Notes: generated by a model not told the origin, from the letters alone. 64,000 nt of DNA from Eledone cirrhosa (GCA_964016885.1 OZ024744.1:95356001-95420000); one strand, 5' to 3'. Positions 1-12,896 are shown, counted from the stretch's first letter. Numbers and translations: made by a program.

Positions 1-3000
1 CTGTATCACATTAACTCTTAACATCCTGTACCGCATGAACCCACATTAACAAGACATTCTTGAAAAGTACAAAACAGTACTATGACTGTATTACATTAAC
101 TCTTAACGTCCTGTACCACGTGAAACCACATTGATAAGACATTATTGAAAAGTATAAAACAGTACTATGAGTGTATCACGTTAACTATTAACATCCTGTA
201 CCACGTGAAACCACATTAACAAGACATTGTTAAAAAGTACAAAACAGTCCTGTATCACATTAACTCTTAATATCCTGTACCACATGAAACCACATTAACA
301 AGACATTGTTGAAAAGTACTAAACAGTACTGTGACTGTATCACATTAACTCTTAACATTCTGTACAGCATTAAACTACATTCACAAGACATTCTTGAAAA
401 GTACAAAACAGTACTATGACTGTATCACATTAACTCTTAACATCCTGTACCACATTAAACCACATTAACAAGACATTGTTGAAAAGAACAAAACAGTACT
501 ATGACTGTATCACGTTATCTCTAATATCCTGTACCACATGAAACCACATTAACCAGAGATTCTTGAAAAGTACAAAACATTACTATGATCGTATCACATT
601 AACACTTAACGTCCTGTACCACGTGAAACCACTTTAAGAAGACATTCTTGAAAAATTCAAAACAGTACTATGACTGTATCACATTAACTCTTAAGATCCT
701 GTACCACATGAAACCACATTGATAAGACATTATTGAAAAGTATAAAACGGTACCATGACTGTATCACATTAACTCTTAACATCCTGTACCACGTGAAACC
801 ACATTAACAAGACATTCTTGAAAAGTACGAAACGATACTATGACTGTATCACATTAGCTGTTCTCATCCTGTACCACATGAAACCACATTAGCAAGACAT
901 TCTTGAAAAGTACAAAACAGTATTATGACTGTATCACATTAACTCTTAACATCCTGTACCACATGAAACCACATTAACAAGACATTCTTGAAAAGTACAA
1001 GATAGTACTATGACTGTATCGCATTAACTCTTAACATCCTGTACCACATGGACCACATTAACAAGACATTCTTGAAAAGTACACTACAGTACTATGACTG
1101 TATAATATTAATTCTTAACATCCTGTACCACGTGAAACCACATTAACAATACGTTCTTAAAAAGTTCAAAACAGTACTATGACTGTAGCACATTTACTCT
1201 TAACATCCTGTACCACATGAAACCACGTTAACAAGACATTCTTGAAAAGTACAAAACAGTACTATGACTGTATCACATTTGCTCTTAACATCCTGTACCA
1301 CATGAAACCACATTAACAAGACATACTTGAAAAGTACAAAACAGTACTATGACTGTATCACATTAACTGTTAACATCCTGTACCACATGAAACTACATTA
1401 ACAAGTCATGGTTGAAAAGTAAAAAACAGTACTATGACTGTATCACATTAACTGTTAACATCCTGTACCACATGAAACCACATGAACAAGTCATTGTTGA
1501 AAAGTACAAAACAGTACTATGACTGTATTACATTAACTGTTAACATCCTGTACCACATGAAACCACATTAACAAGACATTCTTGAAAAGTACAATACAGT
1601 ACTATGACTGTATCACATTAACTATTAACATCCTGTACCACGTGAAACCACATTAACAAGACATTGTTGAAATGTACAAAACAGTACTATGACTGTATCA
1701 CATAAACTCTTAACATCCTGTACCACGTGAAACCACATTAACAAATCATGGTTGAAAAGTACAAAACAGTTCTATGACTGTATCATATTAACTCTTAACA
1801 TCCTGTACTACATGAAACCACATTAACAAGACATTCTTAAAAAGTTCAAAACAGTACTATGACTGTATCACATTAACTCTTAACATCCTGTACCACATGA
1901 AACCACATTAACAAGACATTGTGGAAAAGTACAAAACAGTACTATGACTTTATCATATTAACTCTTAACATCCTGTACCACATGAATCCACATTAACAAG
2001 ACATTGTTGAAAAGTACAAAACAGTACTATGACTGTATCACATTAACTCTTAACATCCTGTACCACATTGGCCACATTAACAAGACATTCTTGAAAAGTA
2101 CAATATAGTACTATGACTGTATCACATTAACTCTTAACATCCTATACCACGTAAAACCACGTTAACAAGACATTCTTAAAAAGTTCAAAACAGTACTATG
2201 ACTGTATCACATTAACTCTTAACATCCTGTACCACATGAAACCACATTAACAAGACATTGTTGAAAAGTACAAAACAGTACTATGACTGTATCAAATTAA
2301 CTCTTAACATCCTGTACCACATGAAACCACATTAACAAGACATTGTTGAAAAGTACAAAACAGTACTATGACTGTATCACATTAACTCTTAACATCCTGT
2401 ACCACATAAAACCACATTAACAAGACATTCTTGAAAAGTACAAAACAGTACTATGACTGTATCACATTAACTCTTAACATCCTGTACCACATAAAACCAC
2501 ATTAACAAGACATTCTTGAAAAGTACAAAACAGTACTATGACTGTATCACGTTAACTCTCAACATCCTATACCACGTGAAACCACATTAATAAGACATTG
2601 TTGAAAAGTACAAAACAGTACAATGACTGTATCACATTTATTATTAAGACCCTGTACCACGTGAAACCACATTAACAAGATATTGTTGAAAAGTACAAAA
2701 CAGTACAATGACTGTATCACATTAACAAGACGTTCTTGAAAAGTACAAAACAGTACTATGACTGTATCACATTAACTGTTAACATCCTGTACCACATGAA
2801 CCCACATTAACAAGACATTCTTAAAAAGTTCAAAACAGTACTATGACTGTATCACATTAACTCTTAACATCCTGTACCACATGAAACCACATTAACAAGA
2901 CATTGTTGAAAAGTACAAAACAGTACTATGACTGTATCACATTAACTGTTAACATCCTGTACCACATGAAACCACATTAACAAGACATTGTTGAAAAGTA

Positions 3001-6000
3001 CAAAACAGTACTATGAGTGTATCACATTAACTGTTAACATCCTGTACCATATGAAACCACATTAACAAGACATTCTTAAAAAGTTCAAACAGTACTATGA
3101 CTGTATCACATTAAGTTTTAACATCCTGTACCACATGAAACCACATTAACAAGACATTGTTGAAAAGTACAAAACAGTACTATGACTGTATCACGTTAAC
3201 TGTTAACATCCTGTACCACATGAAACCACATTAACAAGACATTGTTGATAAGTACTAAACAGTACTATGACTGTATCACATTAACTGTTAACATCCTGTA
3301 CCATATGAAACCACATTAACAAGACATTCTTAAAAAGTTCAAACAGTACTATGACTGTATCACATTAACTCTTAACATCCTCTACCACATGAAACCACAT
3401 TAACAGGACATTGTTGAAAAGTACAAAACAGTATTATGACTGTATCACATTAACTGTTAACATCCTGTACCATATGAAACCACATTAACAAGACATTCTT
3501 AAAAAGTTCAAACAGTACTATGACTGTATCACATTAACTCTTAACATCCTGTACCACATGAAACCACATTAACAAGACATTGTTGAAAAGTACAAAACAG
3601 TACTATGACTGTATCACATTTATTATTAACATCCTGTCCCACGTGAAACCACATTAACAAGACATCGTTTAAATGTACAAAACAGTACTATGACTGCATC
3701 ACATTATTCTTAACGTCCTGTACCACATGAAACTTCATTAACAAGTCATTGTTGAAAAGTACAAAACAGTACTATGACTGTATCACATTAACTGTTAACA
3801 TCCTGTACCACGTGAAACCACATTAACAAGACATTCTTGAAAAGTACAAAACAGTACTATGACTGTATCACATTAACCCTTAACATCCTGTACCACATGG
3901 ACCACATTAACAAGACATTCTTGAAAAGTACAAAACAGTACTATGACTGTATCACATTAACTGTTAACATCCTGTACCGCGTGAAACCACATTAACAAGA
4001 CATTGTTTAAAAGTACAATACAGTACTATGACTGCATCACATTAACTCTTAACATCCTGTACCACGTGAAACCACATTAACAAGACATTGTGGAAAAGTA
4101 CAAAACAGTACTGTGACTGTATCTCCTTAACTGTTAACATCCTGTACCACATGAAACCACATTACCAAGACATTGTTGAAAAGTACAAAACAGTACTATG
4201 ACTCTATCATATTGACTCTTAACATTCTGTACCACATGAAACCACATTAACAAGACATTGTTGAAAAGTACAAAACAGTACTATGACTGTATCACATTAA
4301 CTGTTAACATCCTGTACCACGTGAAACCACATTAACAAGTCATTCTTAAAAAGTACAAAACAGTACTATGACTGTATCACATTAACTCTTAACATCCTGT
4401 ACCACATGAAACCACATTAACAAGACATTGTTGAAAAGTACAAAACAGTACTATGACTGTATCACATTAACTGTTAACATCCTGTACCACGTGAAACCAC
4501 ATTAACAAGTCATTCTTAAAAAGTTCAAAACCGTACTATGACTGTATCACATTAACTCTTAACATCACATACCACATAAAACCACATTAACAAGACATTC
4601 TTGTAAAGTACAAAACAGTACTATGACTGTATCACATTAACTCTCAACATCCTGTACCACATGAAACCACATTAACAAGACATTGTTGAAAAGTACAAAA
4701 CAGTACTATGAATGTATCACATTAACTCTTAACATTCTGTACCACATAAAACCACATTAACAAGACATTCTTAAAAAGTTCAAAACAGTACTATGACTGT
4801 ATCACATTAACCCTTAACATCCTGTACCACATGGACCACATAAACAAGACATTCTTGAAAAGTACAATACAGTACTATGACTGTATCACATTAACTCTTA
4901 ACATCCTGTACCACATGAAATCACATTAACAAGACATTGTTGTAAAGTACAAAACAGTACTGTGACTGTATCACATTTATTATTAACATCCTGTACCACG
5001 TGAAACCACATTAACAAGACATTGTTGAAAAGTACGCAACGGTACTATGACTGTATCACATTAACTCTTAACATCCTGTACCACATGAAACCACATTAAC
5101 AAGACATTCTTGAAAAGTACAAGATAGTACTATGACTGTATCGCATTAACTCTTAACATCCTGTACCACATGGACCACATTAACAAGACATTCTTGAAAA
5201 GTACACTACAGTACTATGACTGTATAATATTAATTCTTAACATCCTGTACCACGTGAAACCACATTAACAAGACATTGTTGAAATGTACAAAACAGTACT
5301 ATGACTGTATCACATTAACTGTTAACATCCTGTACCACGTGAAACCACATTAACAAATCATGTTTGAAAAGTACAAAACAGTTCTATGACTCTATCACAT
5401 TGACTCTTAACATCCTGTACCACATGAAACCACATTAACAAGACATTTTTGAAAAGTACAATACAGTACTATGACTGTATCACATTAACTCTTAACATCC
5501 TGTACCACATGAAATCACATTAACAAGACATTGTTGTAAAGTACAAAACAGTACTGTGACTGTATCACATTTATTATTAACATCCTGTACCACGTGAAAC
5601 CACATTAACAAGACATTGTTGAAATGTACAAAACAGTACTATGACTGTATCACATTAACTGTTAACATCCTGTACTACGTGAAACCACATTAACAAATCA
5701 TGTTTGAAAAGTACAAAACAGTTCTATGACTCTATCACATTGACTCTTAACATCCTGTACCACATGAAACCACATTAACAAGACATTTTTGAAAAGTACA
5801 AAACAGTACTATGACTGTATCACATTAACTGTTGACATCCTGAACCACATGAAACCACATTAACAAGTCATTGTTGAAAAGTACAAAACTGTAGTATGAC
5901 TGTATCACATTAAGTTTTAACATCCTGTACCACATGGACCTACATTAACAAGACATTGTTGAAATGTGCAAAACAGTACTATGACTGCATCACATTATTC

Positions 6001-8370
6001 TTAACGTCCTGTACCACATGAAACCACATTAACAAGACATTGTTGAAAAGTACAAAACAGTACTATGACTGTATCACATTAACTCTTAACATCCTGTACC
6101 ACATGAAACCACATTAACAAGACACTGTTGAAAAGTACAAAACAGTACTATGACTGTATCACATTAACTATTAACATCCTGCACCACATGAAACCACATT
6201 AACAAGACATTGTTGAAAAGTACAAAACAGTACTATGACTGTATCACATTAACTATTAACATCCTGCACCACATGAAACCACATTAACAAGACATTGTTG
6301 AAAAGTACAAAACAGTTCTATGACTGTATCACATTAACTGTTAACATCCTGTACCACATGAAACCACATTAACAAGACATTCTTGAAAAGTACAAAACAG
6401 TACTATGACTATATCACATTAACTCTTAACATCCTGTACCACATGAAACCACATTAACCAGACATTCTTGAAAAGTACAAAGCTACTATGACTGTATCAC
6501 ATTAACTCTTAACATCCTGTACCACATGAAACCACATTAACAAGATATTGTTGAAAAGTACAAAACAGTACTATGACTGTATCACATTAACTCTTAACAT
6601 CCTGTACCACATGAAACCACATTAACAAGATATTGTTGAAAAGTACAAAACAGTTCTATGACTGTATCACATTAACTCTTAACATCATGTACCACGTGAA
6701 ACCATATTAACAAGACATTCTTGAAAAGTACAAAACAGTACTATGACTGTATCACATTAACTCTTAACATCCTGCACCACATGAAACCACATTGACAAGA
6801 CATTGTTGAAAAGTACAAAACAGTACTATGACTGTATCACATTAACTCTTAACATCCTGTACCACATGAAACCACATTAGCAAGACGTTCTTGAAAAGTA
6901 CAAAACAGTAGTATGACTGTATCACATTAACTATTAACATCCTGTACCACGTGAAACCACATTAACAAGACATTGTTGAAATGTACAAAACAGTACTATG
7001 ACTGTATCACATTAAGTCTTAACATCCTGTACCACGTGAAACCACATTAACAAATCATGGTTGAAAAGTACAAAACAGTTCTATGACTCTATCACATTAA
7101 CTCTTAACATCCTGTACCACATGAAACCACATTAACAAGACATTGTTGAAACGTACAAAACTACTATGACTGTATCACATTAACTGTTAACATCCTGAAC
7201 CACATGAAACCACATTAACAATTCATTGTTGAAAAGTACAAAACTGTAGTATGACTGTATCACATTAAGTTTTAACATCCTGTACCACATGGACTTACAT
7301 TAACAAGACATTGTTGAAAAGTACAAAACAGTACTATGACTGTATCACATTAACTCTTACCATCCTGTACCACATGAAACCACATTAACAAGACATTCTT
7401 GAAAAGTACAAAACAGTACTATGACTGTATCACATTAACTATTAACATCCTGTACCACATGAAACCACATTAACAAGACATTCTTGAAAAGTAGAAAACA
7501 GTACTATGACTGTATCACATTAACTGTTAACATCCTGTACCACGTGAAACCACATTAATAAGACATTGTTGAAAAGTACAAAACAGTACTATGACTGTAT
7601 CAATTTAACTCTTAACATCCTGTACCACGTGAAACCACATTAACATATCATGGTTGAAAAATACAAAACAGTTCTATGACTGTATCACATTAACTCTTAA
7701 CATCCTGTACCACATGAAACCACATTAACAAGACATTCTTGAAAAGTACAAAAAAGTTCTATGACTATATCACATTAACTCTTAACATCCTGTACCACAT
7801 GAAACCACATTAACCAGACATTCTTGAAAAGTACAAAACTACTATGACTGTATCACATTAACTCTTAACATCCTGTACCACATGAAACCACATTAACATG
7901 TCATTGTTGAAAAGTACAAAACAGTACTATGACTGTATCACATTAACTGTTAACATCATGTACCACGTGAAACCACATTAACCAGACATTCTTGAAAAGT
8001 ACAAAACTACTATGACTGTATCACATTAACTCTTAACATCCTGTACCACGTGAAACCACATTAACAAGACATTGTTGAAAAGTACACAACAGTACTATGA
8101 CTGTATCTCATTAACACTTAACATCCTGTACCACGTGAAATCACATTAACAAGACATTCTTGAAAAGTACAAAACAGTACTATGACTGTATCACATTAAC
8201 TATTAATATCCTGTACCACATGAAACCACATTAACAAGACATTTTTGAAAAGTACAAAACAGTACTATGACTGTATCACATTAACTGTTAACATCCTGTA
8301 CCACATGAATCCACATTAACAAGACATTGTTGCAAAGTACAAAACAGCACTGTGACTGTATCATGTTAAA
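1..8370. repeat. 85-bp-unit minisatellite array (~98 units, open at the window start); lies upstream of the first visible TOGARAM1 exon, probably intronic
   Basis: Unit CTGTATCACATTAACTCTTAACATCCTGTACCACATGAAACCACATTAACAAGACATTCTTGAAAAGTACAAAACAGTACTATGA. Units start at 1 and 86, and the array continues with point variants to ~8370. Confidence 0.97.
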
Positions 8371-9006
8371 AATTTGATTGTATTTTTTCTTCCTTTGCAA
8401 AATTTCATAAGGATCTGCCCTTATGTAAAAATACAATAAACTTTTGAATTAACCAACCTGTTTTTAGATATTTTATGTTAAATCATTACAGAATGTTAAG
8501 AGATATTACTACAAATGTTCACATCTGTCCACCAGTAAAGATACTATAAACGTTTGAATTAACACATCTGTATTAGATATTTTCTGATAAATCATTACAG
8601 AATGTTAAGAGTTAATACTGCAAATTTTCACAACAATCTGCCCTCCAGTAAAGATACTATAAATATTTTAATTAACAAACCTGTTTTAGATATTTTCTAC
8701 TAAACCATTACAAGATATTAAGATACTATAAGAATCTGAATTAACAAACTGTTTTTCAATATTTTCTACTAAATTATTACAGGACGTTAAGAATTAATGG
8801 GCATTTTTGTAGAATCCTGTATTTTCACAAATTGTTGGTGGTTTTAAAAGGAATGGGACAACATTTTCCATGATTATTATCTCAATTGCCTACAAAGTTA
8901 AACATTGAACTTCACAAACTTGAATTCGTATAGAATTGTTAAATTATTGCTACTTCACGTAAAAACAGAATTGAAACTGAATATGAGATCTATTTATTTT
9001 ATTTAG

Positions 9007-9155
9007 GAATTAGACAAAGTCATTGGTCGCTTATTAGCTTTGATGGCTGTCAGCAAAGAATTCATCAGGAATGATGTAGAAAAGGCATTTGATGCTATGG
9101 TTGATAATATCACCTGTACGAAGGCTTTGCCGATCCTCATAACCAAAGGTTTAAA
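9007..9155 (+). CDS. TOGARAM1: TOGARAM1/FAM179B (crescerin) internal exon, TOG3 domain
   Basis: tttag|GAA...TTAAA|gtaag. Translates ELDKVIGRLLALMAVSKEFIRNDVEKAFDAMVDNITCTKALPILITKGL, resembling (from memory) vertebrate TOGARAM1 ELD...SNTFIREDVDKALRAMVNNVT. Ends phase 2. Confidence 0.9.
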
Positions 9156-9222
9156 GTAAGTAAAAATATTTAATATCTTTTGCTAATCTTCATAACCAGA
9201 CTTTGAAAGTAAAAATTATATA

Positions 9223-9253
<31 letters not shown>

Positions 9254-9450
9254 TGTTATATATTGTTATATATATATATATATATATTGTTATATATATA
9301 TATATGATCAAATGTTAATAAGGTTCATTGATTACTCAATGAATATAGTTTTACAATAGATTCAAAGCACTCAACAAGGAATTTTTCTGGAGTTATTAAT
9401 ATTATTCAAAATATTAATAAATGAAGACGTTCACATAATCAAAATATATG

Positions 9451-9512
9451 TTATATTATATATATTTCGGAGGTACTGTGCTGTTTTTTTAGTACGTCCT
9501 CATCAGATAAAA
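9451..9512 (-). ncRNA. Hammerhead ribozyme motif, inverted copy in the left palindrome arm
   Basis: Minus strand reads TTTTAT-CTGATGA-GGACGTACT...AGTACCTCC-GAAA-TATATATA-ATATAA, with one stem I mismatch relative to the + copy. Confidence 0.62.
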
Positions 9513-9615
9513 TACATAAATTGATGTACGACATACCTCAACTGTCTTGATGGTTTAATTTCTGCCAAGACTGAAATTAAACCATCAAGACAGTTGAGGT
9601 ACATCAATTTATGTA

Positions 9616-9677
9616 TTTTATCTGATGAGGACGTACTGAAAAAACAGCACAGTACCTCCGAAATATATATAATAAAA
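9616..9677 (+). ncRNA. Minimal type-I hammerhead ribozyme motif
   Basis: Stem I TTTTAT(9616-21)/ATAAAA(9672-77). Core CTGATGA at 9622-28. Stem II GGACGTACTG/CAGTACCTCC with one C-C mismatch. GAAA at 9660-63. Palindromic short stem III TATATA. AUA cleavage triplet ends at 9671. Confidence 0.75.
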
Positions 9678-9738
9678 CATATATTTTGATTATGTGAACG
9701 TCTTCATTTATTAATATTTTGAATAATATATATATATA

Positions 9739-10639
9739 TCATCATCATCATCATTTTACATCCGCTTTTCCCTGCTTGCAAGGGTGGGACGGGTCTTATT
9801 CAGCACAGCATCTCTCCACTCGTCACGGTCCCTCGTCATCTCCACCATGAGCTTCAATGATCTGAGGTCTGTTCTCACCACCTCCGCCCATGTTTTTCGT
9901 GGTCTACCTCTACCACGTCTTCCTTCAACTGGCATTTCCTGGCACTTCTTCACCCATCGGTCATCCTCCATGCACATCACATGTCCATACCACCTCAGTT
10001 TCCTCTCCCGTACACTACATTCTATCCCTCTCAAACACAGTCTCTCTCTCAACACATTTATGCTGGGTCGTTCATGCACATTTACACTGCACATCCAACG
10101 GAGCATGCTTGCCTCATTTCTCTCCAGCCGTCGCATATCCTCTGCAGTTGCTGCCCATGTCTCACTACCATGCAGCATCGCGCTCCTCACACAGGCATCA
10201 TACAACCGGCCTTTCGTACGCAGGGAGAAACCCTTCTTTGTCAACAGAGGAAGCAGCTCCCTAAACTTCTTCCAACCCGTCCTTATTCTAGATACTATGG
10301 CCTCGGAACACCCTCCTCCCATGCTAATCTGATCTCCTAGGTACCAGAAGCTATCCACCACTTCTATAGCGCCCTCTTGCATTTGAAAAATGTGTCTATC
10401 AGTGCGACTTCTACTGTCTAATTTCCCTGTACATCTACTGCATACATATTTCTCCTTACCTGTTAGTTTGCCTGCTATCCCACTGCATCTCTTGTGTACC
10501 CAGGATCTGCATTGTGTGCATTTTATAGAATTTATGCCAGTTCCTTTTCTGCATATCGAACATGGCCATTTCCCTGACGGAATCAGGGTTTTGTCCTCTT
10601 TTCTACTCATCAACACTTTTGTCTTAGCTAGATTCACTC

Positions 10640-10640
<1 letters not shown>
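9739..10640 (-). mobile_element. 5'-truncated RTE-clade LINE (ORF2 C-terminus, ~294 aa intact, with PHD-like finger) and (GAT)n tail, inserted in (TA)n
   Basis: Motifs VNLAKTKVL...FWYLG...SRIRTGWKKF...LHGSETW...LRWYGHV...GRGRPRKTW are typical of the RTE ORF2 C-terminus. The 3' end is ...GCAAGCAGGGAAAAGCGGATGTAAAA(TGA)n. Confidence 0.9.
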
Positions 10641-10670
<30 letters not shown>

Positions 10671-10825
10671 ATATTTGGGAAGGGGTTCTAATATTGCCAG
10701 AAAAATATAGTAAAACACACTCACTGTTTGGTTTGGTTTGGTTTTCGCTTCAGTATATCTTTATATTTCTATAAATAATTTAGATGGCAATCAATGTTTA
10801 TCATTTAAAAGATATAAATATAAAT

Positions 10826-10880
10826 ATAGTCACTCAGAGTTCTTTTGTCACACATGTCTGTGACATCATCAGTGATTACC
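10826..10880 (-). ncRNA. Degenerate hammerhead-like motif in a (TA)n-flanked segment
   Basis: Minus strand: ATCA-CTGATGA-TGTCACA-GACATG-TGTGACA-AAAG... Core and stem II are present, but the GAAA and cleavage site are altered. Confidence 0.3.
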
Positions 10881-10964
10881 ATGATTATATGGTTCCTCCT
10901 GCTGTGTTCCTATAATATTTTCTTATATATATGTATACATATATATATGTATATATATATTGTA

Positions 10965-11136
10965 AACATGGTTGGTGTTAAGAAGGGCATCCAGTTGTAA
11001 AGAAAAACACCCAAAACACAGCTCCATTGGAGCAAGGTTCGGTGTGGCCAACTGGCCAGACTTGTCTCGTGACGTGGATGATCCATCTAACCCGTGCAAG
11101 CATGGGAAAATACACATTAAATGGCGATGGTGATGG

Positions 11137-11191
<55 letters not shown>

Positions 11192-11349
11192 TGTGGTGGT
11201 GATGATGATTGTGATGGTGATGGTGATGATGGTGATGGTGATGAATGTGGTGGTGATGATGATTGTGATGGTGATGGTGGTGATGATGATGATTGTGATG
11301 GTGGTGATGATTGTGATGGTGATGGTGGTGGTGGTGGTGGTGGTGACGT

Positions 11350-11384
<35 letters not shown>

Positions 11385-11435
11385 GTGATGATGATGATGA
11401 TGGTGGTGATGGTGATTGCAGTAGTGGTGGTGACA

Positions 11436-11462
<27 letters not shown>
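10965..11462 (+). mobile_element. SINE 3' fragment with RTE-type tail, followed by an expanded (GAT/GGT)n microsatellite
   Basis: GGTTGGTGTTAAGAAGGGCATCCAG...CCCGTGCAAGCATGGGAAAATACACATTAAATG, then ~340 bp of GAT/GGT repeats. Confidence 0.75.
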
Positions 11463-11467
<5 letters not shown>

Positions 11468-11646
11468 CACCCTACAAACTCCCTATTGTTTCATTGTTAA
11501 TGTTTTAAAAGTATTAAATTCTCAATGTGCCGCCATAGCCATCTAGTATATAAAGATTCCCTTTGCCTTTGAATCATTGTCTTCTTTCTTTTTTCGTTTT
11601 TTTTTTTCCTTTTTTTAACCTTTTTCCCCCACATTATCTCTTCAAG

Positions 11647-11805
11647 GCAACGGAGTGTAGGCATAAGGAAAACGGCGTCTTCTTATATCATGGTTATTGC
11701 AAAAAAAGTTGGTCACCGCCGACTATTAAGTGGTGTTAAAGATTTGACAGATAAAATCCTGCAAGCCACATTAGACTGCCTGACTGATCCATGCAATGAA
11801 GTACG
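11647..11805 (+). CDS. TOGARAM1: TOGARAM1 exon (TOG3 HEAT repeats)
   Basis: Polypyrimidine tract then ttcaag|G...GTACG|gtaag. Translates (K)QRSVGIRKTASSYIMVIAKKVGHRRLLSGVKDLTDKILQATLDCLTDPCNEV(R). Phase matches both neighbours. Confidence 0.9.
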
Positions 11806-12003
11806 GTAAGAATAAAATTGAATTAATATTATATGTATTTTACTAGTGTAGGTACCCATAAAAAATGATTGGGTTTGTTTCTGTCACCTTTCAGTAAATC
11901 TTAATATTTTCTCTTGCTTTGATTCCTTCTTTCTGTAGTAGTTCATTCTGTCTAATTCAAATTGTTGTAGCTTTCAAGGAAAATGCTATTTTCTCTCTCT
12001 CTA

Positions 12004-12119
<116 letters not shown>

Positions 12120-12180
12120 AGAAAGTGAGGTTTTTTTTACAAAATGAAAAAAAAAATGAGGTGTCCTACACGAGTGAAAG

Positions 12181-12448
12181 TATAAGAAAAAAAGATGAAA
12201 TCGAAAATGCAACTGAAGTCTTTTTTTTTTTTTAAATATATATTTATTTGGTTCCTTTATCGGTTTCGCAGTTCTTCTGCTTTTCAAAAGTAGAATTGAG
12301 ATGGAGGAAACCACAAACCCTCCATCTCAATTCTACTTTTGAAAAGCAGAAGAACTGCAAAACCACCGCTAAAGGAACCAAATAAATATATATTTAAAAA
12401 AAAAAAAAGACTTCAGTTGCATTTTCGATTTCATCTTTTTTTCTTATA
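12181..12448. repeat. Long palindrome (arms 12181-12307 and 12319-12448, 11-nt loop) between (TA)n tracts
   Basis: TATAAGAAAAAAAGATGAAATCG...GAGATGGAGG aaaccacaaac CCTCCATCTC...CGATTTCATCTTTTTTTCTTATA. Confidence 0.9.
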
Positions 12449-12456
12449 TATATATA

Positions 12457-12479
12457 TAACAGGTCCATTCATGTAGGCG

Positions 12480-12552
<73 letters not shown>

Positions 12553-12785
12553 TAAAAGATACCTACATGAATGGACCTGTTATTTTTCTCTAAAAAAAAT
12601 GTTTCCTATTCCGGCCTGCCTGTCCCTTCAATCTTGTTCATTTCTCATTCTTTCTTCTGATGAAGGACTAACGTCCAAAACTTTAAGATACTCTTCCTGC
12701 TATTTCAAGCGTTAAATTTATATATTCCTTTCATATACTCTACCGTTTGTGTTGTTATTTCTCTTTACCTTTTACATATATATGT
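12457..12785 (+). mobile_element. Probable Penelope-like pLTR remnant: short inverted repeat around (TA)n plus a degenerate hammerhead motif
   Basis: TAACAGGTCCATTCATGTAGGCGTCTTTTATA-(TA)n-TATAAAAGATACCTACATGAATGGACCTGTTA. At ~12657 the sequence reads CTGATGAA-GGAC-TAAC-GTCC-AAAAC, i.e. GAAA changed to AAAA. Confidence 0.45.
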
Positions 12786-12896
12786 GTGTGAAAAGTAAAC
12801 GGAAAAAATACAACAGAGAAGGAAGTACAATAAAGATGGTACATGTTCAGTAAATACAAATAAATAAATAAGTATATAAGTGTTCTCTCTCTTTCA

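Larger units (their letters stand above)
9399..9729. repeat. Long near-perfect palindrome (arms 9399-9562 and 9573-9729, 10-nt loop); probable Penelope-like pLTR remnant with inverted partial duplication
   Basis: The arms are reverse complements apart from a 7-nt insertion and ~2 substitutions. The segment is bounded by (TA)n tracts and each arm carries a hammerhead motif. Confidence 0.85.

Noticed and set aside
1-8370. Regular repeat arrays (also 17740-21335, 27890-30390, 35115-38660) as CRISPR-like arrays
   Set aside because: Head-to-tail units with no unique spacers, no cas genes and a eukaryotic intron-exon context.
9784-10710. Plus-strand ORFs overlapping the RTE LINE
   Set aside because: Antisense shadows of the LINE ORF with no recognisable motifs.
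9756-10724. 322-aa ORF as a host gene
   Set aside because: The first 28 codons are flank and (TA)n read-through; the rest is LINE ORF2.
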